From Patescibacteria group bacterium (lineage in GTDB: Bacteria > Patescibacteriota > Patescibacteriia > Buchananbacterales > UBA6539), in NCBI GenBank assembly GCA_034003985.1, contig JAVEXP010000002.1:144789-208788 (forward strand): 64,000 nt of DNA, read 5' to 3'. The notes under the pieces are model-generated. The model had not been told where the DNA came from, did no database searches, and saw only the letters and a program-made list of their open reading frames with translations. Of the stretch, positions 37,041-47,078 are shown piece by piece. Position numbers and translations under genes: made by a program. Position 1 is the stretch's first letter. Each line of letters starts with the position of its first letter.

Positions 37041-40000
37041 TTATTCCAAATTGATGATTATGCTTTTATTGTCTCCCGGGTCAAGCTCAATCGGTAATGG
37101 AGGTTCGGTTCCGACAATGTCAAAACCAGAACCAGTCGGCAACTCAATTGTATAAGTATCCCACTCCAAACTATTTAAAATAAGTTGACCGCTGGCATTG
37201 GTTGAATGATTCTCTTGATATTTGAATATCTCTGGATTTTTACCGATTCTCTTTTCACCGGTGATAATTAGTGGCACATTGGCCGTGTTGGTGTAGGCAT
37301 CGGGGTCTCCTGGATATTCGGCGGCCATAATGTCATAATCGCCGTTTTGGTTGTCTTGCCACGATATGACCAAATTTCCGACATTATTTATCAATAAATC
37401 GGGATTTTTTTGGTCGCCGGTGGTTATGGAATTGACCCGGATGTCCTTGGACCAAAGGATACTGCCCTCAGGGCTTATTTTTTGAGCATAGATATCGTTG
37501 TCGCCGTTTCGACCATCTTGCCAGACGATATAAATATTGCCGGTTTCATCGGTATTGGCCTTGGGGTTTTCTTGGACAGATCCCGACTGATTGCTTACAG
37601 TTGCGTCATTGGACCAAAGGATACTGCCCTCAGGGCTTATTTTTTGAGCATAGATATCGTTGTCGCCGTTTCGACCATCTTGCCAGACGATAATTGCTTG
37701 ATTGTTGTTATCAGCCGTTACAGATGGGTTATTCTGATCGGCAATTCCTAAGGTGTTAACCCGAATGTCATTAGGCCAAAGGATATTGCCGTTAGCATCA
37801 ACCTTTTGAATAAAAATATCGTAATTGTCAATTTGATAGTCTTCCCAAACGATATAAACATTTTCTTGATCGTCAACAGCCAGGTCAACCGATTGGGAGT
37901 AGCCCCCGCCGCTGGTGGTGTAGGAAAAACCGATGTTGATTTGATCCAGTTCTATTTGTTGAGTGCCGTTGCTTGCCAGGAAGGCTTTAAACATTATTTT
38001 TCCTCTGGTGGTAGGGAAGTGGTCAATATTGTCATTGATTGTTTCAGCCGGGTTATAGTCATTCGCTCCCGCGATCGCCCAATTGGCGCCGTTCCAGTAT
38101 CGCCAGCTGGTTCCGTTGTCATCGGAAAGTTGGTAGTAAATTTCCCCGCCGTTCTTGGTTGCCATTTCGGTGAATGAATCCCAACTTAATAAATTGTTAA
38201 TGGTTAGCGACTCAATTGAGTAAATGTTTGGTTGATCAGTGGGATAGCCCTCGCTTGAATCAGTCCACTCGCAGCCGCTTTGTTGCAGACAGCTAGTTTG
38301 ATTGTCAAAATTTTGACAATCGTTGGCTGCGCCACTACATGGTCCTTGATCATCCCAGTTGCAACCGCTTTGTTGGCAGCTTAGTTGGCTATCAAGATTT
38401 GGACAACTGCAACTGCCGCTGCAGCTGCCGCTACCCGAACCCCAGTTGCAATCGGCATCAACGCAGATTGGTTCATTATTAATATTACCGCAGTTGCATC
38501 CCGGGTTGCCATAACAGAAAAACCAAAACCAGGAACAGCCGGGAGTTGATTGACAACTGGTACGGTTACCGATTGAACCGCAGGAACAGCTGGTACCATA
38601 GCAGGAAGGTGGACTTGATTGCCAACTGCAGTTGTCTGAATAGTTACATTGATTCTCTTCGGAAATTTTTGAACAGTCGCAAGTCGTTCCTTCGCACGGG
38701 CCGGAATCATCCCAGGCGCAGCCATTCTGATTTAGACAATCTTGGCCCGTCAGGAAGCTGTCGCAGCTGTTGGCAGTACCGCCGCAGGTTTTAATTGGTA
38801 CCAATTTAGCGACGCTGTTGGTAACTTCAATTTTGGTGCTGCTATCGCAGGGGCCGTTATCGCAGACATAGTTTAAACCATTATCGAAATTCCAGCTGTA
38901 GCTATCGGCGGCTTGGTACATTGAGGAAGAATTTAAATTAACCTTTATTTCGTTGAGCCAAACCGGATTGCCGGCGCTGTCAATTTTTTGCAGGTATATG
39001 TCTGATCGGCCACTACCGGCGCGTTCGTCTTTCCAGGCGATATAAACTGCCGGAGCAGTACTGGAAGCGTTAAAAACAATTTTTGGGTGTTGTTGATTGG
39101 CGTAGGTGCCGTCGGTATTGACCATTAAATCGTTACCCCAAAGATTTTGTCCCGAATGGTTGTATTTGCCAACAAAAATATCTTGGTTGCCGTTGCGATC
39201 ATCATGCCAAACATAGTATATATTTTCCTGATCTAAAGTTATATCCGGCGCTCCTTGATTGTGGTTGGTCGTTATTTCTTTGTCGCTAACCCATTGGTTG
39301 GTTTGCTGATTGTAATTTTGACCGTAAATTCTGGCCGCAAAATTTCTGAAGTCTTGCCAGACAAAATAGTAATTGCCGTCTGGCCCAAGCTCTGAAGCGG
39401 GGGAAAACTGATCGGCGCTACCGCCATCAGTGTTAATTAGCCATTCCGTTGGGATTGTCTGGGAGACGGTGTTAATCGTAAGTGTTGTTAGGATGTCAAT
39501 CACAAAGCTGGTTTCAACCAGTTCGCCTTCAATTACCGACACATTTGGTTTTTGGGGATCAGGATTGCCTTCACTATCGCTACAACTTAAGCCCCCCGGA
39601 TCAATGGCGCAAGTGTAATCGCTGCTATAGCCGTCTTTGGTGATAGTAATCTGATAAGAGCTATTGGCGGCCGGAACACTGGAATAATAATAGCCCTGAT
39701 CGTTAGTTTGGTGGGAAGAGTCGTTAATCGGCGGAATAATTTGATTATTGACAATGTGGATTTGGGCATTCGGTACCGGTTCGCCTTGGGCATTGAAGAC
39801 ATTAATCCATAATACCCCTGACCCTTCATCTGACTCGATGCCCTTGGGAGCAATAGTGGTAACCGTTACCAATTCTTTCCGACCGAAATGTCCCAGCCAG
39901 CTTACCGCAATCCTTATTTTTTTATAATCATTTCCCAACTCATCGGTTCCTAAAGCCACCGTACCGTCAAAAGGATCATCATGATAATCAATGCTGACTT

Positions 40001-40286
40001 TAACCGAATATTCAATATTGTTGAGGGTTACGGTATCTTCCTGGGGGATTGGTCCGGGAATAATACCACCTTGCGTGCCGACTTTATTATATGGCAGATT
40101 GTGAATCATTTCGCCGATTTCATTGCCAATGGTGATTGCTCCGACCTTCGCTTTAGTTTCGGATATTACTTTGAGGCTAAACTCAAACATACTGATCACG
40201 CCCAACGAAGCGACTGCCATAATAAAAACAGCCACGATCAATTCAACTAAGGTAAAACCTTTTTGGTCAGTTTGGTGGTTTATCAT
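37041..40286 (-). CDS. giant prepilin-anchored protein (pilin + carboxypeptidase-regulatory-like + beta-propeller repeats + Cys-rich insert)
   Basis: GFTLVELIVA signal, LPY..VG, TNDQG..YQITITKDGYS, repeated VW.D.RNG..DI..QK blades, six Cys-rich repeats. Confidence 0.85.
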   Translation of the reverse strand: MINHQTDQKGFTLVELIVAVFIMAVASLGVISMFEFSLKVISETKAKVGAITIGNEIGEMIHNLPYNKVGTQGGIIPGPIPQEDTVTLNNIEYSVKVSIDYHDDPFDGTVALGTDELGNDYKKIRIAVSWLGHFGRKELVTVTTIAPKGIESDEGSGVLWINVFNAQGEPVPNAQIHIVNNQIIPPINDSSHQTNDQGYYYSSVPAANSSYQITITKDGYSSDYTCAIDPGGLSCSDSEGNPDPQKPNVSVIEGELVETSFVIDILTTLTINTVSQTIPTEWLINTDGGSADQFSPASELGPDGNYYFVWQDFRNFAARIYGQNYNQQTNQWVSDKEITTNHNQGAPDITLDQENIYYVWHDDRNGNQDIFVGKYNHSGQNLWGNDLMVNTDGTYANQQHPKIVFNASSTAPAVYIAWKDERAGSGRSDIYLQKIDSAGNPVWLNEIKVNLNSSSMYQAADSYSWNFDNGLNYVCDNGPCDSSTKIEVTNSVAKLVPIKTCGGTANSCDSFLTGQDCLNQNGCAWDDSGPCEGTTCDCSKISEENQCNYSDNCSWQSSPPSCYGTSCSCGSIGNRTSCQSTPGCSWFWFFCYGNPGCNCGNINNEPICVDADCNWGSGSGSCSGSCSCPNLDSQLSCQQSGCNWDDQGPCSGAANDCQNFDNQTSCLQQSGCEWTDSSEGYPTDQPNIYSIESLTINNLLSWDSFTEMATKNGGEIYYQLSDDNGTSWRYWNGANWAIAGANDYNPAETINDNIDHFPTTRGKIMFKAFLASNGTQQIELDQINIGFSYTTSGGGYSQSVDLAVDDQENVYIVWEDYQIDNYDIFIQKVDANGNILWPNDIRVNTLGIADQNNPSVTADNNNQAIIVWQDGRNGDNDIYAQKISPEGSILWSNDATVSNQSGSVQENPKANTDETGNIYIVWQDGRNGDNDIYAQKISPEGSILWSKDIRVNSITTGDQKNPDLLINNVGNLVISWQDNQNGDYDIMAAEYPGDPDAYTNTANVPLIITGEKRIGKNPEIFKYQENHSTNASGQLILNSLEWDTYTIELPTGSGFDIVGTEPPLPIELDPGDNKSIIINLE
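37447..37692. repeat. exact 84-bp intragenic direct repeat
   Basis: 37447-37530 is identical to 37609-37692 (period 162 bp); encodes IVWQDGRNGDNDIYAQKISPEGSILWS twice. Confidence 0.95.
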
Positions 40287-41374
40287 TAAATTGATTGGCT
40301 TAAGCTGTACATTGGCATTATGACCGCGACTGCCATTCCGGCAACGGCAATGCCTAAAACTACCATCAATACCGGTTCGATAATCGATGGTAAATTTTCC
40401 ATCGTTTGAGATACTTCTTCCTCATAAAAATTTGCCGAATCTTCCAAGATTTCGTCTAATGCCCCAGTGTCTTCTCCGACCGCTATCATCTGCAGTACCA
40501 CTGGCGGAAAAATTTTGCTGTAGGAATCAAGAGATTGCCTGATACTGACGCCTTTCTTAATTTTTTCTTTAGCGTCGATTAAAGCCAGGCGATAAATAGT
40601 GTTTCCTAAAACATTGGCAGTTATTTCGAATGATTTCACGATCGGAATGTCGGTTCGTAACAGGGAACTAATGGTTCGGCAGAATCTGGCCAGATTTATT
40701 TTTTTGATTATTGGACTGACAATCGGTAGTTTTAATAGAAATTGATGAAATTTTTGTTTGCCTTTTGGGGTGTTGATTATTTTAACAAACCCGGCAATGA
40801 TTATTACCGCTCCAATCGCCAGAAAAATTCCGTATTTCAGGGCAAAATCACTCAACCAAATTAGAATTCTCGTGGCCAATGGTAGATCAACTTCCAGTTC
40901 TTTAAATACCCCGGAAATTGCCGGAATAACATAGATTACCACCAAAATGCCGATTGCCACCATCATGGTAATGACTATGATTGGATAAATCATTGCTCCT
41001 TTGACCTTGGCCACCAGTTCGTGGTCTTTTTTCATTTGTAAAAATAACTGATGTAGTACATCTTCCAATTTACCGGAAGCTTCCCCGGCTCTGATCATAT
41101 TGATGAATAAATCGCCGAATATTTTATGGTATTTTTCCAAACCCTTTGATAATAAGTTACCTTTTTCGACGCTTTGTTGAAGATCAAATAAAATTTCCCG
41201 AAAACCTTTGTTGGTTGTTTGCTCCGAGAGGGTTTTTAAGGCCATCGACAAAGAGATACCGGCTTTGAGCATTACCGACAATTGTTGGACGAAAAATATT
41301 TTTTGGGACAGTTTTATGGACCTGGTTTTGGTCAGGATGTTCCCAAACTTTTGAAGATATTGGTTGAAGTTCAT
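40286..41374 (-). CDS. pilC: type IV pilus/T2SS inner-membrane platform protein PilC/GspF
   Basis: QLSVMLKAGI, MIRAGEASGKL, AMIYP, MIAVGEDTG.L, IEP, MPMY. Confidence 0.95.
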   Translation of the reverse strand: MNFNQYLQKFGNILTKTRSIKLSQKIFFVQQLSVMLKAGISLSMALKTLSEQTTNKGFREILFDLQQSVEKGNLLSKGLEKYHKIFGDLFINMIRAGEASGKLEDVLHQLFLQMKKDHELVAKVKGAMIYPIIVITMMVAIGILVVIYVIPAISGVFKELEVDLPLATRILIWLSDFALKYGIFLAIGAVIIIAGFVKIINTPKGKQKFHQFLLKLPIVSPIIKKINLARFCRTISSLLRTDIPIVKSFEITANVLGNTIYRLALIDAKEKIKKGVSIRQSLDSYSKIFPPVVLQMIAVGEDTGALDEILEDSANFYEEEVSQTMENLPSIIEPVLMVVLGIAVAGMAVAVIMPMYSLSQSI

Positions 41375-41383
41375 TTTTATTTT

Positions 41384-43108
41384 TTAATCTTTGCTTACCC
41401 GTAAAACTTCTTCAATGGTGGTAATTCCATTTTTGGCTTTGATAAAACCATCTTCAATAATGGTGATCATTCCGGCTTTACGAGCCTCGGTCATAATATT
41501 TTCCGCCGGCGCTGATTTGAGGATTAATTCGTTAATTGCCGGAGTTACTTCCAAAACTTCGTACAGCCCGACTCGGCCCTTGTATCCGGTTTTATCACAT
41601 TTTTTGCAGCCTTTACCGCGATAGAACAGCAAAGATTCTTTGCTTTGTTTTTTGGTGATTAGGCCTTCTCGTTCAAGAATACTGAGAATTGAATCCAGAT
41701 TAATTTGTTTTTCTAATTTGGCGATTTCGTTTTTGTCCAAAGTGTAACTTTCGATACATTCTTGGCATATTTTTCTGACTAGTCTTTGGGCGATGATAAC
41801 ATTGGTAGTTGACCCGATCAAAAACGATGGAATGCCCATTTCGCTCAGTCGAGGCAGGGTAGTTGGCGCGTCGTTGGTGTGCAATGTGGACAATACCAGA
41901 TGTCCGGTCAAAGCGGCATTGACCGCAATTTCCGCCGTTTCTTTGTCACGGATTTCACCAACCATAATAATATTGGGATCCTGCCTTAAAAAAGATCTTA
42001 AACCGGCGGCAAAAGTGTAGCCGATTTTAGGGTTGATCTGGCTTTGATTGATTCCCGGCATCCGATATTCAATCGGATCTTCAATAGTAGTAATGTTTAC
42101 TTCCGGTTTATTGAGGATGTTTAGAATGGAATACAGGGTTGTTGTTTTTCCCGAACCAGTGGGTCCGGTGACTAAAATCATGCCATGGGGTTTGGTAATA
42201 TTTTTTTTGATCTTTTCCAGCGGCTGCTTGTTAAATCCTAGCTGTTCCAAACTGATGGCGCCAGTTTGTTCATTAAGGGCGCGCAAGACTATTTTTTCTC
42301 CATCATATGTCGGAATAATTGAAACCCGGAAAGAAACTTTATATTCGTTGGTTTGGATTTTAAAACGGCTGTCTTGGGGTAGACGATGTTCGTCAAGTTT
42401 AAGATTGGACAAGATTTTAATTCTGGCGACAATCCCGGCATGAACCGATTTTGGCAAAGTCATTACATTTCTTAGAATGCCGTCAATTCGGTATCTGACC
42501 AGCACTTCTTTTTCGGTTGGTTCAATATGAATATCAGATGCATTCTCAAAAATGGCATACTCCAAGAGAGTATCCACAATCCTGATGACTGGCAAATCAT
42601 GAGCCAATTCTTTCAAATTGCCGCCTTCTTCAGTTTCGGTCTCTTGATCTTTGGTTAAATCCTTAAATTCGGCTTTTAAGCCTTTGTGGTAGAGCTTTAG
42701 ACTCTCATTTATCCCTTCCGGGGTGGTAATGTAGACTTGGACATCAGCCCCGGTTTTTTTGGCCAGAAATTCAAAGATTTGTAAGTTATTGGGATCAAGG
42801 GTGGCGATTTTTAGCTGATCGTCGTTTCGGTCAAAGGCGATAATGCGGTGAGTGGCCGCAATCGGCTCGGGAATTAAAAAAAGAATATCTTTTCTGATAG
42901 TCTCATTTTTCAGATCAATAAACGGCAAATCAAAATATTTGGCTGCGTTTTGATATAGCTGTTCTTGGCTGAGGATCTTTTGGCTGGCCAGATATTCTTC
43001 CAGGGTTTGGTTTCGTTTTTTAGCTTCTTCAAGATAAAGCTGGAGTTCATTCTTGGCAATGGTTTTGGTCTCCAATAAAATTTGTTTTAGTTTTTCTTCT
43101 TTAAACAT
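41384..43108 (-). CDS. pilB: type IV pilus assembly ATPase PilB/GspE
   Basis: ASDIHIEP, GPTGSGKTTT Walker A, TIEDPIEY, RQDPNIIMVGEIRD, TGHLVLSTLHTN, tetra-Cys motif. Confidence 0.96.
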   Translation of the reverse strand: MFKEEKLKQILLETKTIAKNELQLYLEEAKKRNQTLEEYLASQKILSQEQLYQNAAKYFDLPFIDLKNETIRKDILFLIPEPIAATHRIIAFDRNDDQLKIATLDPNNLQIFEFLAKKTGADVQVYITTPEGINESLKLYHKGLKAEFKDLTKDQETETEEGGNLKELAHDLPVIRIVDTLLEYAIFENASDIHIEPTEKEVLVRYRIDGILRNVMTLPKSVHAGIVARIKILSNLKLDEHRLPQDSRFKIQTNEYKVSFRVSIIPTYDGEKIVLRALNEQTGAISLEQLGFNKQPLEKIKKNITKPHGMILVTGPTGSGKTTTLYSILNILNKPEVNITTIEDPIEYRMPGINQSQINPKIGYTFAAGLRSFLRQDPNIIMVGEIRDKETAEIAVNAALTGHLVLSTLHTNDAPTTLPRLSEMGIPSFLIGSTTNVIIAQRLVRKICQECIESYTLDKNEIAKLEKQINLDSILSILEREGLITKKQSKESLLFYRGKGCKKCDKTGYKGRVGLYEVLEVTPAINELILKSAPAENIMTEARKAGMITIIEDGFIKAKNGITTIEEVLRVSKD

Positions 43109-43241
43109 TTTCTAGACCCCCTTTTATTTTCTTAGTTTGTGATTTTATTATACCATAAAATCAATTTTTTTAGGAAATATGTCTGGTGGTGGACAAAATT
43201 GCTGATAATTATTATTATTAGATTAGTCTTAAATTAATCTT

Positions 43242-43616
43242 ATGGCCTTTTTTAATCAGGAAGAAAGCCCTTTTTCTTCTTATTTTACGGACAATTTCAT
43301 CAGGGTCAACCTGTTTTTTTCGCTAGTCACCAATATCTTTTTGTGGCTTTTTTTATCTTGGTACTCCCGAAAGTTCACTAGCGACATTATCCCGCTTCAT
43401 TATAATATTTATTTTGGGATTGATTTTTTTGATAAGTGGTACAAAATTTTTTATTTGCCTTTGAGTGGGTCTTTAATTCTGGCATTCAACGGACTGTCCA
43501 GCGTTATGATTTTCAGGATCGAAAAAATTTTGAGCTATTTTTTGATAGGATTTAGTTCCTTTATCCAGCTGATTTTGATAATCTCGGTCAGTTTTATTTT
43601 ATTCATTAATCTCTAA
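43242..43616 (+). CDS. hypothetical three-TM membrane protein
   Basis: IPLHYNIYFGID...W motif between TM helices. Confidence 0.7.
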   Translation: MAFFNQEESPFSSYFTDNFIRVNLFFSLVTNIFLWLFLSWYSRKFTSDIIPLHYNIYFGIDFFDKWYKIFYLPLSGSLILAFNGLSSVMIFRIEKILSYFLIGFSSFIQLILIISVSFILFINL

Positions 43617-43622
43617 ACAATA

Positions 43623-44660
43623 GTGAATTTTTATATTGTCAAAATATTTTTATTGACTACGGTTTCTTTTTTGTTGACTCTGGCCTGGACTCCTTTTCTG
43701 ACTCATTTTTTGTACCGTTACCGTTTGGGCAAAGGGATTAGGGATGCCAAAGCCGCTCCGGTTTTTGCTTCAATGCACCAGAATAAAGCCGGTACCCCAA
43801 CTATGGGAGGTATCTTGATTTGGGGTACAACTTTATTTTTGATCATTTGTCTGGCAATTTTTTCCAAATTTTTTGGCGGAATTTTTACTCGCTTGAATTT
43901 TTTATCTCGCGCTGAAACTTTGTTGCCTTTGGGAGCCTTAATCGCTTCGGCCATTGTCGGTTTGGCCGATGACTTGGTTGATATCTGGCGCATGGGCAAA
44001 GACGGCGGTGGTCTGCGGATGCGCCACCGGTTTATGATTTACGGTTTAATTGCTTTGGTTGGCGCTTGGTGGTTTTATTTCAAGCTGGAATGGACAACTT
44101 TATATATTCCGTTTTTGGGTTATGCCGATATCGGTTGGTGGTATATCCCGTTTTTTATTTTTGTGATCATCGCCACCGCCCATTCCGTCAATTTAACTGA
44201 CGGTCTTGACGGTTTGGCGGGTGGAACTTTATTAGTGGCTTTTGGGGCTTACGGAGCTATTGCCGTGGCTCAGGGCCGTTATGATTTAGCGACTTTTTGC
44301 GGCGTAATTATTGGAGCCTTGCTGGCATTTTTGTGGTTTAATATTAACCCCGCCAGGTTTTTTATGGGCGATACCGGTTCAATGTCTTTGGGCGTAACTT
44401 TGGGTATTATCGCCATGCTTACCAATGCTGCGTTGTTTTTGCCGATTATTGGTTTTATTTTTGTAGTTGAGACCTTGTCGGTATTAATCCAAATGGTTTC
44501 CAAAAAGTTTTTGGGTCGTAAATTTTTTATTTCTTCGCCGCTTCATCATCATCTTGAGGCCAGCGGCTGGTCGGAACCAAAAATTGTTATGCGGTTTTGG
44601 GTAGTCGCCGGGGTGACGGCGATCATGGGTTTGATCATGTTTTTAATCTCTAATAGTTAA
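43623..44660 (+). CDS. mraY: phospho-N-acetylmuramoyl-pentapeptide transferase
   Basis: KAGTPTMGG, LADD, NLTDGLDGLA, FMGDTGS, PLHHHLE. Confidence 0.97.
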   Translation: MNFYIVKIFLLTTVSFLLTLAWTPFLTHFLYRYRLGKGIRDAKAAPVFASMHQNKAGTPTMGGILIWGTTLFLIICLAIFSKFFGGIFTRLNFLSRAETLLPLGALIASAIVGLADDLVDIWRMGKDGGGLRMRHRFMIYGLIALVGAWWFYFKLEWTTLYIPFLGYADIGWWYIPFFIFVIIATAHSVNLTDGLDGLAGGTLLVAFGAYGAIAVAQGRYDLATFCGVIIGALLAFLWFNINPARFFMGDTGSMSLGVTLGIIAMLTNAALFLPIIGFIFVVETLSVLIQMVSKKFLGRKFFISSPLHHHLEASGWSEPKIVMRFWVVAGVTAIMGLIMFLISNS

Positions 44661-44670
44661 ATTTTTAAAG

Positions 44671-45681
44671 ATGAAAATAAAGATTAATGAATTGCAAGAT
44701 CTTTGTTATTCCGCTTTGACCAATGTTGGCGTAAAAAAATCTGATGCTAAAATTATTGCCGATGATTATATTGAGGGTAGTCTATTGGGTAATAAAACCC
44801 ATGGCCTGCTAACTTTTCCCCATGCAATTGAAAAGGCCAAAAAGACAAAAAATAAAAAATTCAAGATTGAAAAGAAAAGCCAATCGTACGCTTTGATTAA
44901 TGCTAATACCCAGCTTGGTCAATTGGTTGCTCCTGCAGCGATAGATTTAGTTTCCAATATGGCAAAGAAATATGGTATTGCCATGGTTGGCGTTTATAAT
45001 TCATTGCCTTTTCTTCGGCCGGGAAGTCAGGCCGAAAAGATAGCGGCCAATGATTTATTGGGTTTGGTGCTGATTAATGGTGGCGGTCCGCTGGTTGCTG
45101 CCCCTGATAGTATAGATAAGATTATAAGTACTAATCCGATTGGCTTTGCCATCCCTACCACCAAAGAACCAATCGTCTGCGATATGGCGATTTCCAAAAA
45201 AGCTTATGGGGAAGTGCGATTGGCTAAATTATTGAGTACCAAGCTCCCAGCGGATTCATTCATTGATGAAAATGGTAAAATAACTACCAATCCCGACGAT
45301 GTTTTTGCCGCCTTACCTTTTGGTGATTACAAAGGATTTAACTTAGGTATTTTATTTGAGATTCTAACTGGGTCATTGGTCAATTTTGGCATTGGCTACC
45401 AGAAAAAGCCAACTGAAAAGACAAATAAAAAATACAAAAAGACTTTTAGGGGCGCTTTGTTTATTGCTATTAACCCGAAAGCTTTTACTTCCTTGACTAA
45501 TTTTAAGAAGAAAAATAGTCAATTTGTTAAAGAAATTAATTCTTTGAAAAAGCGTAAGGGTGTTAAAGATATTTTGGTTCCTGGCCAACGATCTCATCGT
45601 CACAAACAGCAGGCATTAAAACGGGGTTGGCTAGAACTTGACGAAGAGATTATTGACCAAATTAGAAAATTGACAAGTTAG
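44671..45681 (+). CDS. Ldh_2 family (type 2 malate/L-lactate dehydrogenase-like) oxidoreductase
   Basis: THG, TNPI.FAIP, DMA.S, D..G..T.NP, LPFG.YKGF.L, AINP, VPG motifs. Confidence 0.85.
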   Translation: MKIKINELQDLCYSALTNVGVKKSDAKIIADDYIEGSLLGNKTHGLLTFPHAIEKAKKTKNKKFKIEKKSQSYALINANTQLGQLVAPAAIDLVSNMAKKYGIAMVGVYNSLPFLRPGSQAEKIAANDLLGLVLINGGGPLVAAPDSIDKIISTNPIGFAIPTTKEPIVCDMAISKKAYGEVRLAKLLSTKLPADSFIDENGKITTNPDDVFAALPFGDYKGFNLGILFEILTGSLVNFGIGYQKKPTEKTNKKYKKTFRGALFIAINPKAFTSLTNFKKKNSQFVKEINSLKKRKGVKDILVPGQRSHRHKQQALKRGWLELDEEIIDQIRKLTS

Positions 45682-45683
45682 TA

Positions 45684-47078
45684 ATGAATAAAAAATTATT
45701 TCAGAATCAAAAAGTTACGGTGATGGGTTTGGGTTTACACGGTGGCGGCGCGGCCACCGTTGCTTGGTTGTGCCGTCATGGCGCCAAGGTAACAGTTACT
45801 GATTTAAAAACCGCCAAACAACTTGATGCTTCGCTGGCTAAACTTAAAGGTTTGAAAGTCAAGTATGTCTTGGGTCGGCACCGCGAGAGTGATTTTAAAC
45901 AGGCTGATTTTATTGTCCAAAACCCCGGCGTGCCGCGGGAATCAAAATATTTGGTCCTGGCTCAACGCTCCGGCATCCCGATTTATAATGATGTGACTTT
46001 ATTTTTCAAGTTTTGTCCCGCGTCAATTATTGGCGTTACCGGTACTCGCGGCAAGTCAACTACTTCGGCGTTGATTTATAAATTCTTAGAAACCACTAAG
46101 TGTCGGGCTTGGCTGGCCGGGTTGCCCCAAAAGCCGATGCTAGAAATTTTGGATAAAATCAAAAAAGATGATTTGGTGGTATTGGAAATCTCTTCCTGGC
46201 AGCTGGAGATACTTGGTAATTATCAGTTGAGTCCGAAGATGGCGGTCATCACCAATATTTATCCTGATCACCTTAATCGTTATTCCGGGATGGCCGAATA
46301 CATCAAGGCTAAAACCAATTTGGTATTATGGCAAACCGAGGCTGATTATTCAGTCTTGAATCGGGAAAATGAGGATGCTAAAAAGATCGGGTCAAAAGTT
46401 ACTTCCCAAAGATTTTGGTTTTCCAAGAAATATTTTAAGGAGGAAAACGGTATTTTTGTTAAAAATCAGATGATTTGCCAACGCTTAGCCGGTCAGGAAC
46501 GGCAACTGGCCAAAGTTTCAGACATTAAACTATTCGGTTGGCATAATTTGGAAAATGTTTTAGCGGCTTTGGGCGCGGTTTCCGGTTATGGCGTCGGTCT
46601 TAAGGGTATTAAGAGTGTTTTAAAAAATTTTTCGGGATTGAGTGGTAGATTGGAACTTGTCAAAATCGAAAAGGGGATAAAGTATATTAATGATACTACC
46701 GCCACCACCCCCGACGCCACCATGGCGGCTTTAAGGTTGTCAAAGAAAAAAAATGTCGTGCTTATTGCCGGCGGCGACACTAAAAATATTCCCGATTATA
46801 AATATCGCGATTTGGCCAAAATAATTAGAAATAATTGTAAGGCGGTAGTACTTTTCCCGGGGGCCGGCAGCCAACAGATAATCAAACAACTCAAAAAAAT
46901 AAAGTTTAAGCCATTGGTTTTTGATGTTGGTACCATGATGGATGCCGTATCATTGGCTCAAGGTTTTGCCAAGGCGGGAGATACGATTCTGCTTTCGCCG
47001 GCTTCAGCTAGTTTTAATATGTTTATTAATGAATTTGACCGGGGTGGTCAATTTAAATTGATTGTGGGTGGTGCATGA
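45684..47078 (+). CDS. murD: UDP-N-acetylmuramoyl-L-alanine--D-glutamate ligase
   Basis: MGLG..G, NPGVP, GVTGTRGKSTT, LEISSWQL, DHLNRY, LLSPASASF. Confidence 0.95.
   Translation: MNKKLFQNQKVTVMGLGLHGGGAATVAWLCRHGAKVTVTDLKTAKQLDASLAKLKGLKVKYVLGRHRESDFKQADFIVQNPGVPRESKYLVLAQRSGIPIYNDVTLFFKFCPASIIGVTGTRGKSTTSALIYKFLETTKCRAWLAGLPQKPMLEILDKIKKDDLVVLEISSWQLEILGNYQLSPKMAVITNIYPDHLNRYSGMAEYIKAKTNLVLWQTEADYSVLNRENEDAKKIGSKVTSQRFWFSKKYFKEENGIFVKNQMICQRLAGQERQLAKVSDIKLFGWHNLENVLAALGAVSGYGVGLKGIKSVLKNFSGLSGRLELVKIEKGIKYINDTTATTPDATMAALRLSKKKNVVLIAGGDTKNIPDYKYRDLAKIIRNNCKAVVLFPGAGSQQIIKQLKKIKFKPLVFDVGTMMDAVSLAQGFAKAGDTILLSPASASFNMFINEFDRGGQFKLIVGGA

Noticed and set aside
37447-37692. Diversity-generating retroelement TR/VR pair
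   Set aside because: The copies are identical with no adenine-specific mismatches, both are in frame within one gene, and there is no reverse transcriptase in the window
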